Below, one piece after another: positions 13,001-26,609 of a DNA stretch of 64,000 nt. The DNA comes from Octopus bimaculoides (taxonomy: Eukaryota), in the NCBI RefSeq assembly GCF_001194135.2, contig NC_068989.1, forward strand, positions 34,245,903 to 34,309,902. Direction: 5' to 3'. Both the position numbers and the translations under genes were made by a program. Under the pieces are notes generated by a model, which worked only from the letters and a program-made list of their open reading frames with translations, searched no databases and was not told the DNA's origin. The number at the start of each line of letters is the position of its first letter. Within the stretch, counting starts at the first letter, position 1.

Positions 13001-14513
13001 TAAAACAATGCTGACATTATATTTTGATATCAATAATAGATTAGTGTGAGGGTGGTCAGCTGGCAGATCAGTACTACGCTGGACAAAATGTTAAGCAGCA
13101 TTTCTTCTGAATTTATGTTCTGAGTTCAAATGCTTCTGCAGACAACTTTGCCTTTCATCCTTTTGGGATTGATGAAATAAGTACCAGTTGAGCATTAGGG
13201 TCGATGTATTCAACTTGTCCCTTCCTCAAAATTGTTGTCTTTGAGCCAAAATCTGAAACCAATATTAGATTAGCGTTTATTATCATCATCACCATCATCT
13301 TCATTTAATGTCTGCTTTCCATACTGGCATGGGTTGGTCAGTTTGACTAAAAACTGGTAAGCCAGGGAGCTGCACCAGGTTCCAATCTGATTTGGCAAGG
13401 TTTCTACGGCTGTCACTGCCTCCATGAGGCCCAATGCTCAAACAGTGCTTTTTATGTGCCATCGGCACTGGCATCCGCCATGACAACAATCTCACTTGAC
13501 TTAATGGGTGAACTGATATATGTGTCTTCGCATTATATATATATATGTGTGTGTGAGTTCATATTATATATGTGTATGTGTGTGCTAACATCATAAGAAT
13601 TTATAAACTTTCAAAAGAACATGAAATAATTCTGTTTTGAAACTGGATCTCAAAGTGCACATAAAGCTATAAATAATAGTCAAGGCAGTCTCCAACTTTT
13701 CCATTCAAAAAGATTTTTCAGCACAAAATTTACATGATATTATTCATAGGTTATGTGGGCTTTGAGATCCTGTTGCAATATATATATATATATATATGCA
13801 GAGAGAGAGAGAAAGAGAATGGATATTGCTTAAACTGGATAAACACTTAGACAATATCTAAGTAAATCATTGTTAAAGAAAATAAAATGCTTTGCATTTT
13901 AAATTATAAATTAAAAAATAATTTTATTTGTCTTTTTTTTTAATCTACAAAACATCTATTTCATGATATACTTTTCTTTTTCCAAATACATTAAGAAACT
14001 GATACACTTTAATCATGCTAACTAGTTCTAAGGATGGTTTTAAAAATGAATACAACACATAAGACATAGAAGGTAAATTACAAGAAGCCCCATTCCTAAC
14101 TAGAAAATTAGAAGGTAATCAACTTTTGTGAAAAGTACATCTGTCTAAAAAAATTGTTTAAATAAGATATATTTTCTTTCAAAGTAAAAAATAATTACTA
14201 GCTTATCTTAACTGTTTTTTATTTGCAAATAAAGAGTGTGGGAAAGCTCATATTCATTATACTTCCTATTATACTAATTGCCTGTATTTAGATTTGTTAA
14301 TATTTGTTTAAAGTCATCATAGCAGGTACTAAACATTGGTGAGAAGGAGGTTAGAGTGGGATGCATTCTTGTAGGAAGGGATTTGTTAGTGTTTAGTAAA
14401 AAGTATGAAAAACAGCAGAAAGATGAAAGATAAATGGATCAAGTGGGTATAGGTAAGGGTAGCATTAAATTTGAAGTAACAGAGATAGGTTAAATTTACT
14501 CAATATGTCTTAC

Positions 14514-14705
14514 ATTTTGTCCAGAGCCTGGCCTGGAACTAGAGCGAGGCCGTAGGCCACAGGTACCAGCACCACTACTGCTTCCTGGAGAGTCACCTCG
14601 TCCATTTGCTTGGCCAATGGATGCCTCAGAGTCCCATCGTTCCAGTTCTTCTCGCACAAGTTTCTCCATTTGATCTCGTTTCATTTCATCAGTATTACTT
14701 GTAGA
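14514..14705 (-). CDS. PKD2: Polycystin-2 exon (coiled coil 2). Either ends at the GTAAGA donor at 14513 or reads through to TAA at 14498-14496
   Basis: Strong polypyrimidine acceptor ttcttcctattccgcag. STSNTDEMKRDQMEKLVREELERWDSE...RPRSSSRPGSGQN. The RxQMExLVREELERW motif is characteristic of PKD2 proper. Confidence 0.92.
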
Positions 14706-14810
14706 CTGCGGAATAGGAAGAAAGCAAACATAAGATGAAATACCCTTAAATTTATTTACTTCAATGCTATAAAAATTCCCAAATAGTGTGAATGCAAGTT
14801 TATACTTTAA

Positions 14811-15031
14811 CCCTTTTGTTACCAATATTTGTGTTGAAATACATGGTCTTTATTTTAATTAATTTTGAAAATAATGACGAATTTAGTAAAATAACTGTCA
14901 TTATTTATCTGGTTTTTGAAACATAAATTAGTATGAAGTTTTGATGAAAGGTTTTAATTTAGATCACATTAAAAAAAGAAATTTGCACCATAGAAGCAGG
15001 GCCAATCTCAGGTGGGTTGGTATCAAAACAG
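14811..15031. mobile_element. piggyBac-type MITE
   Basis: TTAA on both flanks, CCCTTT start and degenerate AAAACAG end. Related fragments occur near 2450-2680, 30460-30720 and 41800-41900. Confidence 0.6.
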
Positions 15032-15282
15032 TTAATATTTACATACATTAGAGAGTAACTGATATATAGAGAGAGGAGAGAGAGAGCTAGCTAGTTAGAC
15101 AAATAAGATAGATATAGATAGATAAGATATAGACAGATAGATATAGAGACAGAGAGGGATAGAGATATATAGATAGAGATGGACAGAAAGATATAGATAG
15201 AGAGATATAGACATCACTGACGCTAGAAAACTGGAAGTAAATATTTTTTTAAACTTTCAAAGATGTGAATCTAATATAAAAA

Positions 15283-15326
<44 letters not shown>

Positions 15327-17120
15327 TGACCAATGAATCTAAAGGAGACAAGCAATTTCTGAAAGTTACTTCACAAAGAGTTACCTCCCTTCTCCACATA
15401 ACCCAGAAATGGGTGTTTTCTGCCCCCAGGGAGCCCATTACTCATTATGTGAAAAATTTTAAGAATCTAAAACCGTCCCCGGAACATAAGTAATGTATGT
15501 TCCCAGTTTGGAGAAAATCAGTTGAAAAATACGGCCATTATAATCTTAAAAGATTGCACACACACACACAGAATGGGATTTATATTATGGATTAGGCATA
15601 TTTGAACATTGTAAATTTGTATATTCACTAAAATTTCATCCACTTGACAGCCAGGTATAAAGTATAAGGCAGATTACTATCAAGCGCCATAATATATACT
15701 CATATATGATTAAAGCAGTAATAATTGTAAGAAGTATGTTAAGGGCTGATGTGATCTTCATACAATGTTTGTTATATTATTAAGAAGGACCTTATAATCA
15801 ATGATAATATAATCAGATCAAAATAATCTTTATAATATAAAAAAAAGCAAAGGCAGTTTCTTTTCTGTTTTACTCTAGTAGTTTAATTTGTTTTTGTACT
15901 TTTGGAAGATTCTGGATGTGAAATTTTGTGTTAGATCAGATTTTGTTGTATCATGGGAGGTTCTGTTTCATTTCTTTTGTTATTACTAGTCAATTAGTTA
16001 ACCATTTAACCCGTTAACTATTCAATTGTTTGATTCGTTGTTTGGTCAATCAATCAACAAGCTAGGTTTGTCAGAGTTCTTTTGTCACCATTCATGACTA
16101 AGTTCTTTAATCTAAATTTCCTATATTGGACTGTTTCTCCTCTACCACAATCTTCACTTATTAAATAACACTAAGAAATTATTTTGTATGTTAACAGAGA
16201 TAACATTTGTAGAAGGATGAGATATAAGATTGCTTTGAATTTGGTCTAATACAATATTTATGTTGTCAATGCAATAGGCTTTTAAAAATACTTGGTAAGA
16301 TTTGAATTTAAAAACTAAAATATAGATAAATCTTGAGGGATATAATATAATATAATATAATGAGCTTAGTATATACAGTGCTTTAGTACACTACAACTCA
16401 TCAAAAAGGTTAAAAAAAAAGAGTCAGAAAGTAGCTATGAGTCAAGTAAAGATATAACATTGAAAGCTAGATGTACATACACAGCACACAGAATAAAACA
16501 CAAAAAGACAAAAAAAGTGAACATTAAGAGCTGTAAAATGGAAAGTGTGCATAGAGACATCAAGAGTAGTTGTTGTTGAAATTTGGGAAGCATGTAATTT
16601 TTGAAGAATGCAGTGTCCTGATAGCTAACAATTGATAGAAGTAGTTTATTTTATGTTTCAATAATTCTGAGCATTAAAAAATTATTTCTGGAAGTCATGG
16701 GTGCCATATGGTTTTTGATTTTATAAACCTGCCCACAAGTGGTAGAGGTATTGGATTCAAAAAGGTAGCCAAAGTTATTTTTAGAAATTTTGTGAACTTC
16801 TGCCAAGTCAGGTGCTAGACATCAAAACTTTAGCTCAATGTCCTAATTCTGATACCTCTATCTCTAGTTTGAATTTCTAATTATCTTTCTTAGCCTCAAG
16901 GTTAACATTTTGTAATGGAAGGTGGTATACTTGAATCAACTTCAGGACACTACAAGTACTAATTGATCACTACAGAGGGATAATAGTTCAGGATTTTCAG
17001 CAAGACTGGAACTGATTTTTAATGGAAATATTAGTGTATTTATATAGCACACATCTAGTTGAGCTGCTTGTCAGACTCATTTCTGTTTATGATAGAGTTT
17101 AAATAAAAGAAACGACTTAC

Positions 17121-17441
17121 TTCTGTAATACTGTCAAGCATTTTTGCCATGGTTTCTCGGCGCTTTATCTTTGCTTTTTCCATTGCTTCAAGTTTCACAA
17201 GGACGGCGTCAATTTTAGAGACAATGCTTCCAATGGAATGTTCCATGCGATCCACACGTCGAGAAAGTACTGTAAATTCTTCGTATGAGACACCATTAGT
17301 TATGCGTCCAGATCGTGAGACCTTTGAGCCATTGTCCTCATCATCACTGTCCTCTCCGCTGTCCTCCTGATAACTCATGCGACTACTACAGCGATTGTTA
17401 GCCTTTTCTTCTAATTCATCATATTCTTTATTTAGTGCATC
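17121..17441 (-). CDS. PKD2: Polycystin-2 exon (acidic cluster and coiled coil 1)
   Basis: 321 nt, caacag/gtaagt, phase 0/0. DALNKEY...[11 protein letters not shown]...[47 protein letters not shown]...ITE. Confidence 0.96.
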
Positions 17442-18013
17442 CTGTTGTAGAGTGAATATCATGAATTATCATTATAGAATCATCAAACACAGCTAAATGA
17501 ACATATCACAGAGCTTGATGATAATTGGTTAAACAAAATCAAAATATAGTATAAATAACAAAATGTCAAGTTAATATGAAGTTAATATTCTGAAAATTAT
17601 CATCTTTTTAAATTAACTACATAAACACCAGCTACATACTAAGTAGTTTCTTAGGTCATCTGTTTATGAATTGTACTGTCCTAAGTGACAGTGCTTAACA
17701 GTTTTTTCTCCACCCATAGATAGGACATCAGTCTATCAAGAAACACACTTCTCAGTAAGAACCAACACCTAGTAATCACAGATGTGGTAAATTAAAATGA
17801 AATACAAGCAATCAGATATGAATTTATAACACTTTGGGTCAGTTAATTCAAATTTTATCTGCTTGGTCATTTCCGTACAAGATAGGTGCAGTTGTGGCTG
17901 TGTGGTTAAGAAGTTTGCATCTCAACTGCATGGTTTCAGGCTCAGTCCCAAGTGTTTTATACTCTAGCCCCATGCCAACCAAAGGCTTGCAAATAGATTT
18001 GGTAGAGGAAAAA

Positions 18014-18091
<78 letters not shown>

Positions 18092-18116
18092 TATACATAT
18101 ATGTATTTATATATAA

Positions 18117-18873
18117 GCATTATTTACTAATATGTACTTTCGTAAGCTAATTATTTAAACTGACTCTTCAATATATAATTTCCTAATCTCTCTCTCTCTC
18201 AGCCTTAGTTGTCTCCTTAATTCTTCATGTAATTTCCAACTGAAATCTCTCTAATACCCTTAGTTCTCCTTTCCACCCATGTTCCCAAGTTGGCTACATA
18301 TTTTTTCATACTATCTCTTAAATAACCCTTGCTTCGTTTTTTTTCCCTCCATGTTTCATGTTGGCTGAATGTTTTTTATACTATCTCTTAACCCTTCCTT
18401 TCCCAATGGCTTCTTATGCTATTCTCTGCTACTCTCTCGGCTATTCTCTACTGCCCAGGGCAAAAATGCCCATTCATAATGTCCACTTCCGGTTGTAGCA
18501 TATATATTAAAATACCTTTCTTATATGTTTCCCCTCTCAGATTTTCATGCAACTCATTCCAGTGTTGGTATCTATTGGCCCCCAGTTATGCACTGCTAAG
18601 CTACGATATTCTCTCATTTTTTTAATCTTTTCACTCATTCATTCATTATTAATATGCATTATTTACTAATATGTACTTTCGTAAGCAAATTATTTAAACT
18701 GACCCTTCAATATATAACTTCCTAATCTCTCTCTCAGCCTTAGTTTTCTCCTTAATACTTCATGTAATTTCCAAATGATATCTCACTAATACCCTTACTT
18801 CTCCTTTCTTCCCGTGTTCCCAAGTTGTTGGCTACATATTTTTCGTACTATCTTTTACATTAACCCTTGCTTG
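18117..18873. repeat. About 218-bp direct duplication (18117-18334 and 18656-18873)
   Basis: Aligned by eye from gcattatttactaatatgtactttcgtaagc to taacccttgctt. Confidence 0.8.
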
Positions 18874-19049
18874 TTCGCGGTGTGCCTGTCCATTCCCGCC
18901 ACCACCACCAATACCGGATATCTCTTTCTCACCAGAATCCCCCTCCCTCACTGGTGGTATCCTCTATCATACCTACAATTTCGCCTCCCTTCTCTCCCTC
19001 TCTCTCTCCCCCAGGACAAACGCAACTAGTTTAGCAGCCCACCTACTTA

Positions 19050-20267
19050 ATCTAACACTGGCATATTGATATTCATATTTACTTTTATCTATTTATTTAT
19101 ACTTATATGTGCAGTACCAGTAATGTTTAAATTTATGAGGTTCATAACACTTATATTTACAACGCCCCTAACACTTACTCCTACTCCCAGTAGGGGCAAC
19201 AATCTTAACATGCTTGAATGTTCCCACATTCCTTTCCCAGTTTTTAGAGTTGGCACTGTCAATGTAGGCACATTGAAAGGTAGGTCTAGTGAGACTGTAG
19301 AGATGCTTGAACGGAGACGTGTTGATGAATGCTGCATACAAGCAGTAAGGTGGAGAGGAGTTTCAGCCAGGGTCTGCATAGGTAAGGCACACAGGTATAA
19401 AATCTTCTGGGAAAGTAACAGTGATGGAGTAGTGGGTGTAGGTATACTCCTTGCAGAGGTCATAGAGGTAGTCAGGGTATGCGATAGAGTGTTTAAGTTC
19501 AGGCTGATCCTGCAGAATAATATAGCTACAATTATTTCTGCCTACACTCCACAAGCAGACCTACCAAATGATCAGAAGGACCACTTTTATGATATCCTTC
19601 TACAGGTTATCTCAAAGACAAGTGGCAATGACCTCATCTTTGTGGCTGGAGATTTTAATGGGCATGTTGGACAGCAATCTGGTATCTTCCATGATGTCAA
19701 TGGGGGCCATGGAATTGGTTCCTGAAACGAAGAAGGAACTAGCCTACTGGAGTTCCCTGATGCATGCAACCTATTAATCTGCAACACCAACTTCAGAAAG
19801 CCAGACAGCCACCTGATAACCTATCAATCAGGCGACACGCCGTGCTTGAAGAGACCTACTGAGTCAAATGAAATCAAAAAATCAAATCAAAATCACAATC
19901 AGAATCTCAATCAACTCGAAATCAAAATGGAAATTGTAGTTGTGGCTGATGCCAGTGCCGCCTGACTGGCTCCCATGCTGGTGACATGCAATAAGCACCA
20001 TTCATGCATGGGTCATTGCCAGTTCCACCCCGACTGGCTCCTGTACCAGTAGCACATAAAGAGCACCATCTGAACATGGCCGATGCCAGAGCCACCTGAC
20101 TGGCACCCGTGCCGGTGGCACGTAAAAAACACCCATTACACTCTTGGACTGCTTGGCATTTGCCAGATCAGATTGGAGCCTGGTGAGGTCTCCTGGCTTG
20201 CCAGTCCCCAGTCAAACCGTCCAACCAATGCCAGTATGGAAAACAGATGTTAAACAATGATGATGAT
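19050..20267 (+). mobile_element. Internally deleted RTE LINE (APE domain joined to 3' UTR)
   Basis: RVGTVNVGTLKGRS..CIQAVRWRG..GVGILLAE..IISAYTPQ..GDFNGHVG. After about 19850 it jumps to the RTE 3' UTR ending in gatgatgat. Confidence 0.88.
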
Positions 20268-20277
20268 AATATACATA

Positions 20278-20729
20278 CGAGATGGTATCAAAAAGTTCCT
20301 GGGCTAGTTATGCTTAATGAAAAATAACTTATTTACCTAAGTTTTAACACCATCTTCTTTGAAATAGTCACCTTGCACAACAATACGCCAGTCCCAACAT
20401 TCCTACCACTTTTGGAATCCAATCAAGAAGTCATTTTCTGTAAAGTCAAGGAACTTCTGTGATTTGCTTTTGATCTCAACAATGATGTTAAAACAGAGAC
20501 CTTTGAGCTGCATTTTCAGCTTGGGGAAGAGATGGAAGTCCACAGGTGCTAAATCTGGCAAATAGGGTAGGTGCAGAAGCAATAACATGTTTTTGGTGAG
20601 AAACTCATGAGTGAGGAGAGCTCACTGCCTCATGAAGGTTATTGCTAGCTCTCACTGTTCATGCAACCATGTGCTGCCATCTGTTGGTGTACTATTAAAC
20701 TAGTCCAGGAACTTTTTGATATCACCTCG
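20278..20729 (-). mobile_element. Internally deleted mariner element
   Basis: TA TSDs and about 32-bp TIRs (CGAGATGGTATCAAAAAGTTCCTGGGCTAGTT). Carries HLPYLPDLAPVDFHLFPKLK, a YSPDLAP-like motif. Confidence 0.9.
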
Positions 20730-21399
20730 TATGTATGTATGTATGTACGTACATATAGATATGTATGTATATATATGAGTGTGAGTGTATGTTTGTGTTT
20801 CCTTGGCTACTCATCACATGATAATTGTAAATGAGTGACAAGCAGTACATCTTTATATTATTATTGTTATGGTTATATTATTATCTTCATATTATTATAG
20901 TTAGAAAGAGCGTTTCCACCTTCATGGTTCTAATGAATAAACAAATGTGTGTTATGATGTCTTAGTCATAGAAAAATAATGATTAATAATTGTCACATAT
21001 TTTAAGTGTCTTCACATAATTATGTCTGGATTAAAAGAAGTACCAGGTCATCAGTTACTGGAAAAATCAACGCCCAAAGGGCTGCACAAGTGGACTGAAC
21101 CTATTCTTAACCACACATCCATGCCTGCACCTTGTAATTTTATTTTTAATCATTATATTATTTACTATCATGTAAGAGAATGAATAAAAATAAGTAAAGA
21201 GAAAGTTGTTTGCTTTGAATTTTACAATCAGAAGTCCAAAGGTCACATTAATTTCCTTGTTAAAATGGACATCTCTGTGTTTTTTCCTTTTTTTTTTTTT
21301 GTTTCTATTTTACCTACATTTTTCTTTTCCAAACCTAGCTTATTTTACAATTCCAGAAATATTCCAGAATCATGTAAATGTGATATTTAGTAGTCTTAC

Positions 21400-21517
21400 T
21401 GTTTGTGCTTTCAAATCAGCGTTCATTTTCTTCTGTTCATCTTCATCAAGAACTCTGTCACCATTAAGATCATATTTAGCAAACATTAATTCAATTTCTT
21501 CATCAGCATAACCACGC
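21400..21517 (-). CDS. PKD2: Polycystin-2 exon (EF-hand 2)
   Basis: 118 nt, caatag/gtaaga, phase 2/0. RGYADEEIELMFAKYDLNGDRVLDEDEQKKMNADLKAQT. Confidence 0.94.
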
Positions 21518-23021
21518 CTATTGAGAACCAATGAAAATTAATTTTGACATCAGCCTTTAATTACCTTGTTGTCAATTAAAAAATTATAAAAATGCTTTAT
21601 TGTATTTTATTAAGTTTTGAATTCAAATCCTGCTGAGGTTAACTTTGCTTTTTATTCTTCAATAAATTAAGCATTATGCATAACTGAACCCTTTGTACAA
21701 TTTTCTTCCTCCTCAGTATCCCCACCTCCACCCCTAAACTACTGCTCTTCCTTGATTCCACTGCTTACTACCCAGACCTCCTTCATCCATTAATACTGTT
21801 CTCTCCATTTGCACTCTACAAAGATCGTCACTGACTTACCAAATTATCTCAACTCATCCACCAATGTATGTCACTACTCCACACTCTCTGTCATCTCCTA
21901 CTCCCCTACATCGTTGGTGGACACTTATCTCCTCTTACCTCACCTATTCCCATCTCCCCTCTACCATACAGTCTTGCAACCTCTACCCTACTTATTTCTA
22001 CCCACCTCATACCTTGAAGGTCCACCCTGATACCTCATCACAATTATTTTTTATCATTTTCCAGCCCCAACTGATCACTTCCACCTTTTCTTCTAAAATG
22101 TGAGTAGCCATGCAGCTTCTCTACAAGAAACCTGTTCTGTGCTGGTCCCTTCTCTCATACTTTCATGTTCCATCCCCAGCATAACGCTGCCCACATAGGG
22201 TTTGTAGTCTTGCAAACAGCACGATCACTTCAGTAGTACTGGTGGCACGTAAAAAGCACCCAGTACTCACTATCAAGTAGTTGGCATTAGGAAAGGTTGT
22301 GAAACCATACCAACACAGACCCTGAAGCATAATGCAGACATTGGATCCATCAGATCTTGTTAAACCTTCCAACCCATGTCAACATGGAAAATGTGAACAT
22401 TAAATGATGATGATATCATAAGTACTGAGGTTGATTAAATCAATTATTCTCATAAATTTTGTACCATTTTTTATACCAAAGTTTAAAATCCTTAATGAAG
22501 GTAGTGAACTGAACACCTTACAATATTTAGTCATGATTTTGAGCTTCAAATCTTGCAGGGATCAACTTTGCATTCTTCTAATGTCAATTAAATGAGTACC
22601 AAGCTCTAAGATTCGTTCACTTAAAATCATTCCCTTTCATATAAAATTGTTGCTTTGGACCTTTGTAACAAACTGTTACTTACTATTGCTGCTACTACAA
22701 TTGTGATTTGAGTATAAACAATGTAGTTTTATATGCTTTATAATACTTAGTTTCTGACTTTATGTTTCTGAAGTTAAGATACCATCAGTGTCATCAGAGG
22801 GATGCAAGGAAAAAGCTGACAAAGTAAGAAATCAGGAATAAGGTACCAAACTACGAATGGTAAAATATATATCGTCCAACTTCCTTCTATAATCTATGCT
22901 AAAATGGTTTTTCTTTTTTTAAATTTAAAAAGATGGTTCTATTGATCTTGATTCCATTGGCTCACCAAAACAGCTCTATGAAACTAGAATTATGTGAAAC
23001 AAATAGCTCAATGATACTCAC

Positions 23022-23155
23022 GATTTCATGTCTTGGCGCCATTCCTCAAAGTCAAGTTGCTTGTCATTGTTCATATCAGCAGATTGCAGAGCCTTTTGGA
23101 TATCAACAATCTTATCCCTTTTGAAGTTTAATTTGTCAACCATTCTTTGGTAGCC
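23022..23155 (-). CDS. PKD2: Polycystin-2 exon (EF-hand 1)
   Basis: 134 nt, ctccag/gtgagt, phase 0/2. GYQRMVDKLNFKRDKIVDIQKALQSADMNNDKQLDFEEWRQDMKS. Not in the ORF track. Confidence 0.94.
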
Positions 23156-23274
23156 CTGGAGAAACAAATTAAAATAGATAAAACCCATCAGCAAACCAAA
23201 TTATCTCAACTTAAAAACATTCTTGTCATCAATATGAGTAAAAGACGGAAATGATTGATACATTGTATATTTAG

Positions 23275-23440
23275 ATGTGGCTGTTTGGTAAGAAGTTTGC
23301 TTCCCAACCACATGATTCCAGATACAGTCCCACTGTGTGGCACCTTGGGCAAGTGTCTTCTACTGTAGCCTCAGGCCAACCAAAGTCTTGTGAGTGGATT
23401 TGGGAGATGGATACTGAAAGAAATCTGTCATATCTTTGTA
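23275..23440 (+). mobile_element. tRNA-derived SINE copy (same family at about 17890-18015, 28670-28900 and 29645-29880)
   Basis: tgtggctgtttggtaagaagtttgcttcccaaccacatg..ttgggcaagtgtcttctac..gtgagtggatttgg. Confidence 0.75.
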
Positions 23441-23469
23441 TGTGTGTGTGTGTGTGTATATGTGCGTGC

Positions 23470-23502
<33 letters not shown>

Positions 23503-23699
23503 NNNNNNNNNNNNNNNNNNNNNNNNNNNNNNNNNNNNNNNNNNNNNNNNNNNNNNNNNNNNNNNNNNNNNNNNNNNNNNNNNNNNNNNNNNNNNNNNNN
23601 NNNNNNNNNNNNNNNNNNNNNNNNNNNNNNNNNNNNNNNNNNNNNNNNNNNNNNNNNNNNNNNNNNNNNNNNNNNNNNNNNNNNNNNNNNNNNNNNNNN

Positions 23700-23734
<35 letters not shown>

Positions 23735-24761
23735 TTTTATCCTTTTACTTATTTCAGCCATTTGACCATGCTGAGAACACATGGCCCAAAGCCACCTCCC
23801 TAGAGAGGTCTTGTCTTGCAAGTTAATTGATTACCACATTACTGCCAGTACCACAAAAAAAAGGCACCCAGTACACTCGTAAAGTGGTTGACATTAGGAA
23901 GAGTCTCCAGTCACAGAATTCATACAAAAACAGACATTGGAACTTGACACAGTTTTCTGGTTCATCTCATCCTGTCAAACTATTTGACCCATGCTAGTAT
24001 GGAAGAGTGAAATTAAATGATGATGATGATCAATTTTATCCATTTATTCTGGAAAATTAAATATCTAATGTATTTTATCTATAATGGTCAGCGTGATTTT
24101 ATGAAATATTGGATAATGGCAGTTTTTGTTTTTAGTTGTTTCACCAAATAGAACACAATCTCACTGGACTCAAAAGTAATGTTACACTGAAACATCCTGA
24201 GACTGGTATCTGAAGCAAATATTCAACTACATTCAGTGCCTTAATGTAATTATATCATCCAGAAGATTCTGTTTGTCTTTTTGAAGCTTAGGCATTGGTA
24301 TGGTTATGTGGTGGAGAAGTTTCCTTCTCAACCACATCATTTCATGTTCAGCCACACTTCTTTTTTTTTTTAAGCCTGGTACTTATTCTACTGATTTCTT
24401 TTGCTGAACTTCTAAGTTATTGGGGCATGTGTGTGTTTGTGTGCATATATGTGTGTGTGTGTGTGTGCACACGTGTGTGTGTGTGCATGTGTGTGTATGC
24501 ATGCATGTGCTTACTCCTATTTTAACATCACGCAATGGCTATAAACAAGTATCACTACCATGCAAGCGATGTTGTTCATTTCCACTCTTCCATGAAAAAC
24601 ATGCCTGGCCATGAGAAACAGGAAGGGCATCCAGCTGTAGAAAATTTGCCTCAACAAATTCTTTTTGATTCATACCAGCATGGAAAAGTAGATGTTAAAC
24701 AATGATGATGGTAATGATATACATATAAGAGGATGTTCTAGTACAAAAAGTGAAAGCCTAC

Positions 24762-24981
24762 CCGCTTAAAGTAGTCAGTCATCTCGAATTCACTCTTCTG
24801 ATTAGCAATATCGCCTTTTACCTCAGAATAGGTATCATTGATAATTGCCAGGAACATATTGAGAAGGATAAAGAATACAAAGAATACATAGAGAATAAAG
24901 AATATTGGTCCTAATACTCGGTTTGCAGATTCTAACTGGTGGAAGTCAAAGTCACCCAAGATAATTCGGAACAAGGTGAAA
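24762..24981 (-). CDS. PKD2: Polycystin-2 exon (pore helices, LGD filter, S6)
   Basis: 220 nt, tttcag/gtaggc, phase 2/0. [28 protein letters not shown]...[19 protein letters not shown]...DYFKR. Confidence 0.97.
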
Positions 24982-26609
24982 CTGAAACATAAAATAGAGG
25001 ACAAGATATAACAACAATAACATTGTAATTCATACATTCAAACTCTTGTCTCAGAAGTATTATCATGCATGTTAATGAGAGAGATGGTGGGAAGAGACAG
25101 AAAGATAAAGAAATAACATTTTGCCAGTCATCTTTCTCTGTTAAATGGAATTCTTTGATGGAAAACATTATTTAGAAATCTACATAAGTTGCTGGAACCA
25201 CTGCAGTTGTTGTTGTTGTTAGCCACAGGTCAGCTACCACCAATTAGACTGATGACCAAAGGTATTTCAGCAGTGACCATCCTGACTTTTTTTTGAGGAT
25301 GTCTAAGACTACATTAGTTAATGAGTCCTCACTTTTAAGGTTGTTGGATGTGGTTTGACAGAAATTTAGCTGCTATTTCTAGCCAGTCAAATGACAACAT
25401 AGAGACTCCCAAGTAGGCTTGCAGTTTTAAATATGGATACCCTTCTCAGTTCCAACATGCCAACAGAAGAATGCATTTTGACTGTGCAGTCACTATTTTC
25501 AATGATACATGGATAAAAGTTATCTGCTTTAACTCTCTCTCAACCCTTTGGACTTAAAAGGATGCTTTAGCAGGTGCAATTTTATGTGTCTATACCCGCA
25601 AGAAGTCATAAAAGCAGGTGCCTACATGGTTTTGTGTTTATGGCTGAAAATTATGATATTTCTACCAATTAGCAAGCCATAAACACAAAACACTGGAGTC
25701 ACCCACTTTTGCATCTTCCAGTGGTATGGTCAAATGAAACTAAGCCCACTAAAACATAATTATGGATTCAAAGGGTTAATTTTATCAATTTTTCCCAATT
25801 GGACACTTATCTAAACTGTTACATCAATCAAATGTTGATAGCATATTACTGGTGTAATTTTAACGACTCCAGAACAATTAAAGATTGACTCAGTCCCAGT
25901 ATTAAATTTATCAACAAGTCAAAATAATAATACCAAGAAAATAATATATTAAAATAGTATATTCTGGATCATGAATTCACATCTGAATGCAGGTGTTGCA
26001 CTGTGACTCCTATCAAGAATTTGAATAATTGCCACCAAAGGAATTATTAAGACTTCCAAATTTATCAAACATAGTTTTTTGATATTTTAGAAAATTCAGT
26101 TATATTGTCTTTGTATATATTTTTCTTCATTGTTCAATAAAATGTACACTCATACAATATCAGAAAAACAGAGATAAATAAGTAAAGATGTACCAAAATA
26201 CAATGGGTATATGCATGAGGGATATTACTTCTTCAATTATCTTCAATTTAGTCCCGATGAAGCAGATTTATGATCAAAAGTGTCCCAGTTGTGATAATTC
26301 AGCCTTCTTTTTCTTTGTAACACAGTGTGTCTAAGACTAAATTTTCCAACATATTCTTCAAGCCAACAAGAGAGCCTCTACTTGCTTGCTCAACCTGCTA
26401 GAAATAACAGTCAAATTTACCTGATACTGCACTCTGGCTTCTTATAAAAATAAAAGTTGGATTATGTAGTCTTAAATACTTTTTGACAGTAAAAAAGAAT
26501 TGAGATAGTCATGGCTGGAATACTTTTGATAACAGATCTGTGTAATCTGGACAAAATGGATACTTGATAAGGCACTTATCTCTGCTTTCTGCATCCAGAT
26601 GTAAAATAT

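Noticed and set aside
22755-22802. Minus-strand CTGATGA..GAAACataaaGTC motif
   Set aside because: Stem I has only 2 bp and stem II has no 10.1-11.1 pair. At best it is a heavily decayed relic.
26245-26295. ccgatgaagcagatttatgatcaaaagtgtc, an HHR-like phrase
   Set aside because: Both core segments are mutated and the stems are unsupported.
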